Source of the DNA: an uncultured delta proteobacterium
Lineage (GTDB): Bacteria; Desulfobacterota; Binatia; UBA9968
Direction of reading: 5' to 3'
Length of the DNA: 64,000 nt
NCBI GenBank assembly: GCA_963760795.1
Contig: CAVXEP010000032.1
Span: 256,001 to 320,000, forward strand
The notes under the pieces were generated by a model. That model made no database searches and had not been told where the DNA came from. It saw nothing but the letters and a program-made list of their open reading frames with translations. Below, piece after piece: positions 9,363 to 18,322 of this stretch; position 1 is the first letter of the stretch; each line of letters begins with the position of its first letter. Made by a program: the position numbers and the translations under genes.

Positions 9363-11589
9363 CTATTTTCTTAACACCCCATAAATCTTTTCCGCCGTTA
9401 TCGGTAAATCCAAGATGCGCACACCGCAGGCGTCTTGGATCGCGTTGGCGATGGCGGCGGCGGTGGGGACGTTGGGAATTTCCGCTATGGCTTTGCCTTG
9501 ATAGGGAATCGGTCCCGCCGGAGATTCCATCAGCACCGTCGTCAGTTTCGGCACGTCGGCGATGTTGGCCATTTTGAATTCGCCGAGGTTGACGGTCGGC
9601 ATCTTGCCGTCGACGAGCGAATTGTCTTCCATCAGCGCGAAGCCTAAGCCGGTGATGATGCCGCCGTCGATTTGCCCCGTATAGCTCAAGTGATTCAAGA
9701 CCGTGCCAGAATCATGAACCGTCGTGAGTTTTGTCACCTTGACTTGGCCAGTGGCCGGGTCGACTTCGACTTCGGCGACCTGCGCGGCAAACGACGTGAT
9801 CGGCGCGCGTGCCGGTTCGTAGTTACTCAAGTGCGTCAGCGCGCCGCCGTTCTGCGCGACGGCGTGGCGGATCATGTCGGTGCATGACATCGGCTTTTGC
9901 CCTGGCACGTTATACCGGCCCTTCGATTCCGCGATCGCCTCGCGCGTGCAGCCAAATTTCGTTGCCGCTAGAGCGATGAGTTTTTCCTTAACTTCGGTGA
10001 CGGCTTGATAGGCGGCGGTGCCGACGCTGTTGGTCGACTTGCTGCCGCCGGTGCCGGAGTCGTAGGGCGAGCTGTCTGTGTCTTGCACGCGAACCGCCAC
10101 CCGCTCGCGGGGCAATTCGAGCACTTCGCTGACGATCTGCTGGACCACGGTATGGATGCCGGGTCCGACGTCCGGCACGCCTAAATGAACGCTGAGGCTG
10201 CCGTCGGCTTCGACGGTGATTGCCGCGCCGGATTTGCCGGCGCCGGATGGGCGTTCGTAGACAGCGACGCCGCGGCCGACATTCTTTGCCTTGGGCTTAT
10301 TCCAGCCGGAGATTTCCAGGGCTTTGGTCAGGGTTTCCTTGACGACGATGCCTTGGAGCTTTTGACCGAAGGGGGTTGGGTCGCCGGCGTTGAGCAGATT
10401 GTTCATGCGAAATTTCACCGGGTCGAGTCCGAGCTCGCGGGCGATGATGTCGATCTGCGATTCGACGGCGAAGGTAGTCTGTGGGCTGCCCGGCGTGCGA
10501 GTCTGGGTGCAGGGGACTTGATTGGTGTAAACGCACAAGGTTTCGACTTGGATCGCCGGAAAGCGATAGTAGCTCGCCGCGCGGCGCGGGCCTTGGACGG
10601 TGACCTCCGCGTTGGCTTTGAGCGCCGCATAACCGCCGCCGCTAAACACCGCTTTGATCGCCATGGCGCAAATCTTGTTGTCGTCATCGACGCCGGTGCG
10701 CAGCGTGATCACAGCTGGATGGCGGTGTGAGATGGCAGTAACCTCTTCGGTGTATTCCAAGACCATGCGGACTGCTTTACCGGTCTTCTTGGCGAGGAAG
10801 TAACAGATCGGCGCCTCGGCTACCGAAGTCTTGCCGCCGAAATCGCCGCCGACGGGAAGAATGTGAACTTTGACTTTCGCTTCCTCGACGCCGACATCGC
10901 GGGCAAAACGAGCGCGCAGTGTAAATGGCGCTTTATTCGACGCCCAGATTTCAACGCGGCCGTCGTCATGAATCTCGACGGTGCATGCGTGCGGCTCGAT
11001 GTAGCCGTGAAATCCCAATGGCGTGCGGAAGGTATGTTCGAAAACGCGCGCGGCCTTTTGCAAGCCGGCGTCGACATCGCCGTTGGACCATTTGCCGTAG
11101 GACTGCACATTGGGCAGATCGATGTCGCGCTCCGGGGCATTCTTGTAGGACATTGGATCGTCGTGCAGCACCGGAGCGCCAGCCGTGGTCGCTTGCACCG
11201 GGTCGGTGACGAAGGGTAACGCTTCATATTGCACGTCGATAAGATTCAAGGCCTCTTCGGCGATCTCATCGGTGTCCGCGGCAACCGCCGCTACCGGTTC
11301 ACCGGCATAACGTACCTTGTCATGGGCGAGCAGCGGCATGTCTTTCATGCGCAGTCCGACCATGACGCCTTTGACATCGGCGCCGGTGATGATGCCACGG
11401 ACGCCGCGCAACTTCGCAGCCTTGCGAGGTGTCGATGCTGACGATGCGGGCGTGGGGCAGGGATGTACGTAGTATCTTCGCCGCCAACGCGGCCGGGAAG
11501 TCTAGATCCGCTGCGTAACGCATGTTGCCGGAAACTTTATCCGCTCCTTCGATGCGCGGGACTGCTCTGTTGACGCTCTTGTAGGCCAT
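9363..11589 (-). CDS. Xanthine dehydrogenase family molybdopterin-binding large subunit, frameshift near 11425
   Basis: N-terminus MAYKSVNRAVPRIEGADKVSG (ORF 11320-11589) joins ORF 9363-11411; close paralog of 3016-5262. Confidence 0.92.
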
Positions 11590-11646
11590 CTATGTCTCCG
11601 TTGCTGTTATTAACTCACGCCGGTGCTGAGACGCGAGTAGGATTCG

Positions 11647-11710
11647 TCGAGAATAGAGGATGGAGGATCGATGTTTCGAAACCTACTGATCCTCCATCCT
11701 CAATTCTCGA
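11647..11710. repeat. 23-bp inverted repeat built from heptamer units (possible terminator or RNA stabiliser)
   Basis: TCGAGAATAGAGGATGGAGGATC (11647-11669) pairs with GATCCTCCATCCTCAATTCTCGA (11688-11710) with one mismatch. Confidence 0.85.
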
Positions 11711-11715
11711 CCGCT

Positions 11716-12696
11716 TTAGATTTTTACTTTTGTGAAAACTTTCAAAGGGTTTTTCTGGAAGATCTTCAGCTTATCCTCGGCACTCAAGAAGCTGAGACCA
11801 TCGATTACCGGGATCATGTCGTCCGATGGCTTTCCGGTATCTTTGCGCACGGCGCCGCCGGAGCCGGGGGACTCGGTGCCGAACAGGACTTGGTCGACGC
11901 CCCGTTGCTTGATGCCGGCTTCCAGATAATTGACATCGTACACGCAGGAGTCGAAGAACAGGTTCTTGCTGAAATCACCCTGGCCGACATGGTGATCGTT
12001 GGGAATAAAGCGGTTCAAGCCGCCGCCGCAGTGGCAGATGACGATCTTCAATTTCGGGAAGGTCTGGAAAATCTTGCTGTGCATGTAGAGCTGCATGGCG
12101 ACGAACTCTTCGAGATAGTTGTTCATCTGATAGTTCGCCGGGATGACTTCCAGTCTGCGATCATAAGTGGTCGACGGATGGACCATCAGCGGGACATCCA
12201 ATTGCACCGCCTTGTCGTAGAGCGGGTGCCAATACTCTTCATGCACGCCGGGAGTCTGCTTGTCGCCGGCGGGATCGGGATTCAGATAAGCGCCGACGAA
12301 GTTCAGCTCTTTGATGCAGCGCTCGAACTCGGGCAGACAATTGCGCGTATCCTTGTCGCGGGACTGCGGCAGCTGCGCCATGCCGCGGAAGCGGTCGGGA
12401 TGCAACTTGACGATGCGGGCAATTACATTGTTCGTCGTGAACGCCCAGAACTCTTGCAGGAACGGCCTCATCCAGTGCCACATGGCGATGGGCCGCGGGC
12501 CGATCAACTGAACGTCGATGCCGCGGTCGTCCATGAATTTCAGATGGCGCTGCTGGGCGGCTTCGAGCTGCTCGTCGCTCATGTCCAGTTTGCGATTGGG
12601 CGTGTTTTGCGAGACGGTTTCCGCCAGAAACTGGCGGAATACTGCGGGTGTCGTCATATGACCGTGAACGTCGACGGTGATTTGATTGTTATGCAT
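11716..12696 (-). CDS. Amidohydrolase family protein, LigJ (4-oxalomesaconate hydratase)-like
   Basis: DVHGHMTTP, PRPIAMWH, AQLPQ, LNPDPAG, DVPLMVH, FFDSCVY and LFGTE match the LigJ motif order. Start placed at MHNNQ after GGAG. Confidence 0.8.
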   Translation of the reverse strand: MHNNQITVDVHGHMTTPAVFRQFLAETVSQNTPNRKLDMSDEQLEAAQQRHLKFMDDRGIDVQLIGPRPIAMWHWMRPFLQEFWAFTTNNVIARIVKLHPDRFRGMAQLPQSRDKDTRNCLPEFERCIKELNFVGAYLNPDPAGDKQTPGVHEEYWHPLYDKAVQLDVPLMVHPSTTYDRRLEVIPANYQMNNYLEEFVAMQLYMHSKIFQTFPKLKIVICHCGGGLNRFIPNDHHVGQGDFSKNLFFDSCVYDVNYLEAGIKQRGVDQVLFGTESPGSGGAVRKDTGKPSDDMIPVIDGLSFLSAEDKLKIFQKNPLKVFTKVKI

Positions 12697-12752
12697 GAGC
12701 TTCTCCTTGTTATTGTCTGAATCGTTTTCAGTTATGAGGTGTCGGTTCCTTT

Positions 12753-12834
12753 CGTCATGCCGGCGAAGCCGGCATCCTCTTCGGTTGCACTGTAATGCAA
12801 AGAAAACTGGATTCCGGCCTGCGCCGGAATGATG
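12753..12834. repeat. REP-like double-hairpin element
   Basis: CGTCATGCCGGCGAAGCCGGCATCC...CTGGATTCCGGCCTGCGCCGGAATGATG, with a central TTGCA/TGCAA hairpin. Confidence 0.8.
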
Positions 12835-12847
12835 GCAGCAGACCACG

Positions 12848-14059
12848 TTAATCTTCTTCCGGCGCCGGCACCTGGTGCTTCAGATAAATCTCTTTTCTTT
12901 GCTTTGCCGATTCGATAATCGCCAGGCAGACTTCCAGCGTCGCCATGCCCCAGGGGCCGGTGTGGCGGATCGGTTTGTCGAGTATGACGGCATTGTAGAG
13001 TTCCATCAGCTCACCGCGCCGCGACGGACCGCCGCCGCCGATGAGCGGCACGTCTTTGGTGCCTTCGTCGCTGTGGACGAACAGGCCATGTTGCGACTGG
13101 CGGATGTCGCCTTTTTCACAGGTCGCGACCAGAATGCCCAGGTCGTTGGGCAGCCAGGGTTTGACCTTGCTGCGGTCGCGAATTTCTCCTTCGTTGGCGC
13201 CGCCGATGCGCATGGCGTCCTTGTCGGCGTTCTCGTCCCGCGTGCCGTCGAGCAAGGACTTGCGCACGGCTGCGCGTTCGGCTTCGCTGTAGCGGCTGTT
13301 CTGGCCGCCCCAGGGGACTAATTCCGATGCGAGAAAATAGCCGTAACCGTTGTGCATCAGCGTCGCCGGCGTGCCGTCTGCGAATTCCATGAAAGCCGAA
13401 TAGTAGCCGGGAATCGGCCGGCCTTTGAACCAAGCACCGGTGGAACCGCGCACGCTGCGCACCATGCCGCCGCCGAGGAGCCTCAATGTGTCGATCTGGT
13501 GCGGCCCCTGGCGGTAGGGCACGCCGCCGCCTTGATTGATGTCCAGTTCGTCCGCCGTGCGCGGTCGGAGCATCCAATCGGTATAGGCCCAGACATGAAG
13601 GGCGCAGAGGCGGCCCAGCTCACCCGAGCGGATGATTTTACGCATGGTCCTGATATGCGGCCCGAAGCTCTGGGTATGTCCGCATAGGAGCTTAGTTTTG
13701 TTCTTGATCGTCGCCTCGATCATTTTTTCGGCTTCTAGGAGCGAGATCGCCATCGGCTTTTCGACCACGACATGCTTGCCGGCGTTGGCGGCAATGATCG
13801 TGTGCGGCGCGTGAAATCGATTGGGCGTCGATATCCAGACCGCCTCGACGTTGGGATCGGCGCAAAGTTTTTCGACGCTGTCATAGGTCTTCGCTCCATA
13901 ACGTTCGCGAAATGTTTCGAGCACGCGTGGGTTGACATCTGCGGCGGCGGCGAGCTCGAACTCGGGGATTTGCTCCATGGCCGGCAGGATTTCCGAGGCG
14001 CCGACGCCGATGCCGACGATGCCGAGTTTGAGCTTTCTGATTGGGCTTTCATTCGCCAT
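12848..14059 (-). CDS. Gfo/Idh/MocA oxidoreductase, phthalate 4,5-cis-dihydrodiol dehydrogenase-like
   Basis: GIVGIG Rossmann motif, HVVVEKPMA, YTDWMLRPR...ELD...GGGVPYRQGPHQID. Confidence 0.85.
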   Translation of the reverse strand: MANESPIRKLKLGIVGIGVGASEILPAMEQIPEFELAAAADVNPRVLETFRERYGAKTYDSVEKLCADPNVEAVWISTPNRFHAPHTIIAANAGKHVVVEKPMAISLLEAEKMIEATIKNKTKLLCGHTQSFGPHIRTMRKIIRSGELGRLCALHVWAYTDWMLRPRTADELDINQGGGVPYRQGPHQIDTLRLLGGGMVRSVRGSTGAWFKGRPIPGYYSAFMEFADGTPATLMHNGYGYFLASELVPWGGQNSRYSEAERAAVRKSLLDGTRDENADKDAMRIGGANEGEIRDRSKVKPWLPNDLGILVATCEKGDIRQSQHGLFVHSDEGTKDVPLIGGGGPSRRGELMELYNAVILDKPIRHTGPWGMATLEVCLAIIESAKQRKEIYLKHQVPAPEED

Positions 14060-14148
14060 GAGATTAGTTCTTCCGTTGGAGAATTCCTCTTTGTTAGCAG
14101 GAGTGCGCACCAGCCGCAAGCAAGCGTTACGTCTGAGCGCTAGAACGA

Positions 14149-15285
14149 CTAGCTAACTTTGTAGAACTCGGCGCAATTGTCCCAGAGTATTTTGCGCTTG
14201 TCGTCGTCTGAGATTTTTAGCTCGAGAAAGCTCTCGATGGCGTGGGGGTATTTTGAATCGCCGTGGGGGTAGTCGGTGGAGAAGACCAATCGATCGGTGC
14301 CGATATAGTCGATAACATATTTCACGCCGGCTTCGTCCGGTTCGACGGAGACGAACACTTGGCGTTTGAAGTATTCGCTAGGCTTCATGGTCAGGTCCTT
14401 GGCCCAGATATCCCCTTCGCGTTCCCAGCCTTCGTCCAGGCGCCACAGGAGCCAGGGCAGCCAGGTGCAGTTGGCTTCGAGAAAGGCGACGCGCAGCTTG
14501 GGGTGGCGGGCGAGGACGCCGCCAGAGCAAATCGCCACCAGTCCGAGCATCTGTTCCATCGGCTGGGCGACGGCGCGGCGCAGCATGAAGTTGGGCTCGA
14601 ACCAATCGCCGGTCTGACGCGCGGCGGAGGACGACGATTCGTGAAAACCCACCGGCACCGCCAGCTCTTCCAAGGTGCTCCACAGCGGTTCGTAATAAGC
14701 GTCATACCAATTGCGTTCGTTCATAATGTTGGAGCGCAGAAACACGGCGCGAAAGCCCAGCTCTTTGACACAGCGTTTGGCTTCCTTGACCGCGTCGTCG
14801 ATGTCGAAGGGCGAAAGCATGCCGGCGCCGAGAAGCCGGTTGGGATCCTTCTCGCAAAAATCATAGAGCCAGTTATTATAAGCGCGGGCCAATGCGGCGG
14901 CGAAGTTGGGCTCCATATGCGGCTCGCTCAGCACATTCAGCCCCCGGGTAGGAAAGAGCACGGCGACATCTATGCCTTCGATATCCATGGCTTCGAGTTG
15001 GACTTCGGCGGTCCAGCCGCGCTCGGAGTGGTCGCGGTAGGTGCCCTGGTTGCGATTGAAATTTTGACCGCGGTTGGGAGCACCGCTACGCACACCCTGC
15101 GATTGGAAGACGCCCCACGCCCGGCCGTCGTCGGGATGGGCCATGCGAAGATCGCGGACATTCTCGCTCGTCAGGCCGCGCGGTGCCATGGCTTTGAATT
15201 TGCTGTCGATGTAGCGGTCCCACAGATCCACCGGCTCCATCAGGTGCATGTCGCTATCCAAAACTTTCATGCCGTTCTTGGTCAT
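14149..15285 (-). CDS. Amidohydrolase_2 family metalloprotein
   Basis: AAGGAGG Shine-Dalgarno then MTKNGMKVLDSDMHLMEP; FSTDYPHGD. Confidence 0.9.
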   Translation of the reverse strand: MTKNGMKVLDSDMHLMEPVDLWDRYIDSKFKAMAPRGLTSENVRDLRMAHPDDGRAWGVFQSQGVRSGAPNRGQNFNRNQGTYRDHSERGWTAEVQLEAMDIEGIDVAVLFPTRGLNVLSEPHMEPNFAAALARAYNNWLYDFCEKDPNRLLGAGMLSPFDIDDAVKEAKRCVKELGFRAVFLRSNIMNERNWYDAYYEPLWSTLEELAVPVGFHESSSSAARQTGDWFEPNFMLRRAVAQPMEQMLGLVAICSGGVLARHPKLRVAFLEANCTWLPWLLWRLDEGWEREGDIWAKDLTMKPSEYFKRQVFVSVEPDEAGVKYVIDYIGTDRLVFSTDYPHGDSKYPHAIESFLELKISDDDKRKILWDNCAEFYKVS

Positions 15286-15376
15286 GGCAGCCTCCTTTGA
15301 ATGTTCAATGATCGTTACAACAGCACTCGTATTTATGTCAACGTATCTGATAAATTGCTCTGCGGTGGGAGGATCT

Positions 15377-15844
15377 ATGCGAATTAGCCGTTTTGCCTCT
15401 TGTTGCGTGCTCGCTTTGGGCCTGTTCCTGGTTGCTCCGACGTTAGGCCAAGCGCCGTCGAAATCGGCGGCAAAATCCATCACGGTCTACAAGACCCCGA
15501 CCTGAGAATGCTGCGATGGCTGGGTCGTGCACCTGGAAAAAAACGGATTCAAAGTGGAAAAGAAAATCTTATTTGGCAACGCGTTTACCGACCTTAAGCG
15601 CCAGCGTGGTGTGCCGCAACAACTTTTTGCTTGCCATACAGCTTTGATCGATGGCTACGTGATCGAAGGCCACGTGCCAGCCGACGTAATCGAAAAATTA
15701 CTCAAGGAAAAACCGCCAGTCGTCGGTCTCGCAGTTCCTGGCATGCCAGCCGGGTCACCGGGGATGGAAGGCGGCAAGCCAGAGCCGTACAACGTGCTCA
15801 CGTTCGACAAGAACGGCAAGACCGCCGTGTATGCGAAAAGGTGA
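15377..15844 (+). CDS. DUF411/CopG-family periplasmic metal-binding protein with in-frame TGA (putative selenocysteine at 15503-15505)
   Basis: GGAGG, ATG at 15377, signal peptide, then ITVYKTPT-TGA-ECCDGWVVHL in one frame, continuing to CHTA, EGHVPA and GLAVPGMPAGSPGME. The TGA aligns with the first Cys of the family CxCC motif. Confidence 0.85.
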
Positions 15845-15856
15845 GAGAAACAAGCT

Positions 15857-15896
15857 TGGAGTGCTGGAGTAGAGGAGTGATGGAATGATGGGTATT
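15857..15896 (+). repeat. Octamer tandem repeat (TGGAGTRN)
   Basis: TGGAGTGC TGGAGTAG AGGAGTGA TGGAATGA TGGGTATT; the same family is at 61340-61371. Confidence 0.7.
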
Positions 15897-16889
15897 CGGA
15901 AAATACTGCAAGTTGGGATTTGCCTTATCGTCGTGGTTCTTTGCGGCGGGCTTGCGTCGGCGCAGGAGAAGAAGAACATCCGCATGGTGTTCGTCAGTCT
16001 GGCCTGGAATAGCGAGATTCCGTTCCGGGCGGCGTTGGCGCGCGGCTATTTCAAGCAGCAGGGGTTGCAGATCGAGCCGATCTTGATTGGCGGCGGTCCG
16101 GCGGCGATCGCGGCTTTGATCTCCGGCGAAGTGGACTTTGCCAGCATCGGCGGCGCGCAGGCGATATTTCGCGGCAAATCGCGCGGACTCGACTTGACGA
16201 TACTTGGCTGTATCTCGAGCACGACCAACTATATCCTGCTCGGCAATAAGCAGACGCGCACGGTGGAAGACTTGCGCGGCAAGCCGATCGGTGTCACCGG
16301 CGCGGGAACCTATTCGGAATTCGCAGTCAAGGCGTTTCTGCGCAAACACAATCTCAATCCCGATAAAGACGTGATCCTGCGCGCCATCGGCGGCACGGTG
16401 CTGCGCGCCGCGGCGATAGAAAAAGGCATGATCGCGGCGGCGCCGTTCTCCCCCGAAGACGGCGTGCGCTTGATGCGCGCCGGCTACTCGGTCATCAGCA
16501 ACATGAGTGAATCGCTGGGAATCCCGCAGAATATTCTCGTCACGCGCAACGAAGTGCTCGACAAATATCCCGAAACCAGCAAGCGCATGCTCAAGGCCTA
16601 CATCCAGGGCATGCAGTTGGCCAAGTTCAACAAGAAAGAAGCGCTCAAAGCCGGCTTCGATGCCGGTCTGAAGGGCGACCCGGACATCGTTAGCACGGCT
16701 TGGGATCTCTACTCGGGCGGGTTGCAAGGCGACTTGTCCGTGGCCGTGCCGGGTCTGCAACAAATGCTCGACGAAGATATTCGCGCCGGCCTGGTGGACA
16801 AAAACTTTACCCTGGACCGAGTGGTCAACGACCGTATTTTAAAAATCGCCCAGCAGGAGCTTCGCGCTGAAGGCAAACTGAGACAGTAA
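15885..16889 (+). CDS. NitT/TauT (NMT1/SsuA-like) ABC substrate-binding protein
   Basis: Signal peptide ending ASA-Q, GYFKQQGL, AALISGEVDF, EDLRGKPIGV and LNPDKDV. Confidence 0.9.
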   Translation: MMGIRKILQVGICLIVVVLCGGLASAQEKKNIRMVFVSLAWNSEIPFRAALARGYFKQQGLQIEPILIGGGPAAIAALISGEVDFASIGGAQAIFRGKSRGLDLTILGCISSTTNYILLGNKQTRTVEDLRGKPIGVTGAGTYSEFAVKAFLRKHNLNPDKDVILRAIGGTVLRAAAIEKGMIAAAPFSPEDGVRLMRAGYSVISNMSESLGIPQNILVTRNEVLDKYPETSKRMLKAYIQGMQLAKFNKKEALKAGFDAGLKGDPDIVSTAWDLYSGGLQGDLSVAVPGLQQMLDEDIRAGLVDKNFTLDRVVNDRILKIAQQELRAEGKLRQ

Positions 16890-16898
16890 GCGGCGGTC

Positions 16899-17900
16899 AT
16901 GATGCACAGAGCTTTGACGATTCGAGTCTTGCTAGCGCTCCTATCGGCCCTATCGGTCGGATCGCAGCTCTCGGCACAGGATAGGAAAGCTCTCCCGGTC
17001 GTCTTCACCGGCTTGGCATGGAACAGCGAGCTGCCGTTTCGGGTGGCGTTGGCGCGCGGCTATTTCAAAGCGCAAGGTCTCGAAATCCAGCCGATCTTCG
17101 TGCGTGGCGGGCCGATGGCATTGGCGGCATTGTCGTCGGGCGACGTGAACTTCGCCGAGATCGGCGGTGCGCAGGCCGTGATGCGCAGCCGGGCGCGTGG
17201 TCTAGAGGTGTCGATCATCGCTTCCATCGCCAACGCGACGACGTTTCAGTTGATCGGCGGCCGAGCCGCGCGCAGCCTCGAAGACTTGAAAGGGAAGATT
17301 ATCGGCGTCACCGGCGCGGGAGCGTTTTCCGACTTTGCCATGAGAACGTTTCTGCGCGTCAAGGGCATCGATCCCGACAAGGATGTGACGCTGCGCGCCG
17401 TCGGCGCCGGCAGTGGGCGCATTAGCGCTTTGGAAAAGGGCATCATTGCCGCGGCGCCATTTTCGCCGGAAGACACTGTAAGACTGCTGCGTCTCGGCTT
17501 TCCAATGATCGCCAACATGGGCGACAGTTTGAACATTCCGCAAAGTATCGTCGTCACGCGCAACGATGTGCTGGTGAAAACGCCGGATACCGCCAAGCGA
17601 TTTCTAAAAGCATTGCTGCTTGGCATGCAGCACGCCAAATCCAACAAAGCCGACGCGATCAAAGCGGGATACGAAGGCGGACTTCAAGGCGAGCCGGATA
17701 TCGTCAGCCAGGCATACGACCTTTTTGCGCCGGCCTTTTCCGCAGATCTTTCATTTAACCTTGCTGGTTTTCAGTTCATGCTCGATGAAGACAAGCGCGC
17801 CGGATTGATCGACGGCAAATTTATCCTCGAGCGCGTGCTCAACGATCGTATCTTAAGGACCGCTCAGCAGGAGCTGCGCGCAGAGGGGCGGCTCAAGTAA
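16899..17900 (+). CDS. NitT/TauT ABC substrate-binding protein (tandem paralog)
   Basis: Shares LAWNSE.PFR.ALARGYFK, AAPFSPED and AQQELRAEG with the upstream gene. Confidence 0.9.
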   Translation: MMHRALTIRVLLALLSALSVGSQLSAQDRKALPVVFTGLAWNSELPFRVALARGYFKAQGLEIQPIFVRGGPMALAALSSGDVNFAEIGGAQAVMRSRARGLEVSIIASIANATTFQLIGGRAARSLEDLKGKIIGVTGAGAFSDFAMRTFLRVKGIDPDKDVTLRAVGAGSGRISALEKGIIAAAPFSPEDTVRLLRLGFPMIANMGDSLNIPQSIVVTRNDVLVKTPDTAKRFLKALLLGMQHAKSNKADAIKAGYEGGLQGEPDIVSQAYDLFAPAFSADLSFNLAGFQFMLDEDKRAGLIDGKFILERVLNDRILRTAQQELRAEGRLK

Positions 17901-17903
17901 GCG

Positions 17904-18311
17904 GTGATGATGGATCCACATGTTTCGCTGCGTCAACTTTCCGCAACGCAAGCTGGCGCCATGGGTTTCTGGAATATTCGCTGGCAAGTCGAGAATCTTG
18001 GGGCGGAGGGTCTAAGAATTAATTCAGCGCGCTTGCCGCATGGGCAATTCAAATCGGATGAGCAGTCTTTTGCTCCGGGCCTCGATCTGGCACCGGGCGG
18101 GAGCGCACAGTTTCACAGCCTCGTGCAATGTCATGAGCCGGCGGGACTGGTTACGGAAAACGCTTTCGTCATTTTTCACTGCCAATGGCGCGGCGAAGCA
18201 TGGCGAATTTTCGTTCGTATTCGCGTCACTGTAACGGCTGACGGCGCGCCGGAAACGGCGGCTGAGCTGATCACCACACAGAAGGTTGGTTTTTCCGGAA
18301 TCTCGAATTGA
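17904..18311 (+). CDS. Hypothetical protein (about 134 aa, beta-rich)
   Basis: Tightly packed co-oriented ORF, 3 nt after the previous stop, with protein-like composition; no recognised domain. Confidence 0.7.
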   Translation: MMMDPHVSLRQLSATQAGAMGFWNIRWQVENLGAEGLRINSARLPHGQFKSDEQSFAPGLDLAPGGSAQFHSLVQCHEPAGLVTENAFVIFHCQWRGEAWRIFVRIRVTVTADGAPETAAELITTQKVGFSGISN

Positions 18312-18322
18312 GGTGCACCGAC

